The position numbers were made by a program, and so were the translations under genes. 64,000 nucleotides of DNA from Candidatus Velthaea sp. Lineage in GTDB: Bacteria > Vulcanimicrobiota > Vulcanimicrobiia > Vulcanimicrobiales > Vulcanimicrobiaceae. Positions within the stretch are counted from its first letter, which is position 1. Each line of letters begins with the position of its first letter. The stretch is from contig JBEKHC010000008.1 in the NCBI GenBank assembly GCA_050012475.1, positions 1-64,000 on the forward strand. The letters run 5' to 3'. Positions 63,849-64,000 of this stretch are shown here, one piece after another. A model generated the notes under the pieces. It ran no database searches. It saw only the letters and a program-made list of their open reading frames with translations, and was not told the origin of the DNA.

Positions 63849-64000
63849 TCATTCCTGATGATTGTCGTGCCGCGCGTACACCGTGGCCGTTCGATAGTCA
63901 AAGAAGAGGTCGAAGTCGCGCATCAGATCGGTGCCCAGCAACCCGTCGACATCCTCGAAGCCAAGGTCCGCAGCCGAGATGTCGACGAGGGTTTCCGGGA
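63849..64000 (-). CDS. C-terminus of a probable aspartyl protease family protein (truncated by window)
   Basis: Minus frame reads ...DISAADLGFEDVDGLLGTDLMRDFDLFFDY...HQE*, the retropepsin-like DGLLG.D motif. Confidence 0.6.
   Translation of the reverse strand, partial: PETLVDISAADLGFEDVDGLLGTDLMRDFDLFFDYRTATVYARHDNHQE

Noticed and set aside
1..64000. The many other Arg/Ala/Pro-rich overlapping ORFs in the six-frame track
   Set aside because: Shadow frames of recognised genes in high-GC DNA, with no motifs or start signals.

Overview
A high-GC bacterial chromosomal window (roughly 65-70% GC by eye) with about 60 mostly housekeeping or envelope genes. They include a peptide ABC permease pair, fur-ahpC-redoxin, tRNA-Leu(GAG), an SDR-ArnT-mmcB-pepN-dacB run, tldD-pmbA, a malic enzyme/regulator run, trxB, a large hybrid histidine kinase, glcD-glcE, LCP, namZ and queD-queE-mqnB-mqnD. 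The futalosine menaquinone genes, a YkuU/YkuV-like pair, a YtpB-like gene and a possible Gram-positive-type LexA box suggest a Terrabacteria-group soil organism, possibly Eremiobacterota/Vulcanimicrobiota; this is inference only. I found no CRISPR array, rRNA, transposase or integrase. The most notable items are: (1) an ~813-bp integrase-less mini-island in tRNA-Leu, bounded by a 57-bp att duplication, carrying an intact antitoxin with its own promoter and a truncated Doc toxin; (2) a translationally coupled geranylgeranyl-reductase-family + R2lox/ADO-like diiron oxidase pair; (3) a hybrid kinase whose bacteriophytochrome module has lost its bilin-binding motifs, followed by a duplicated stand-alone Hpt; (4) three full-length apparent pseudoenzymes (phosphoesterase, DDAH-like, GCPII-like); (5) a YtpB-type terpene synthase coupled to glcDE; (6) an orphan tail-anchored protein with papain-like and S1-like motifs; (7) a dispersed REP-like hairpin repeat. 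All protein calls come from motif recognition by eye, not database searches.
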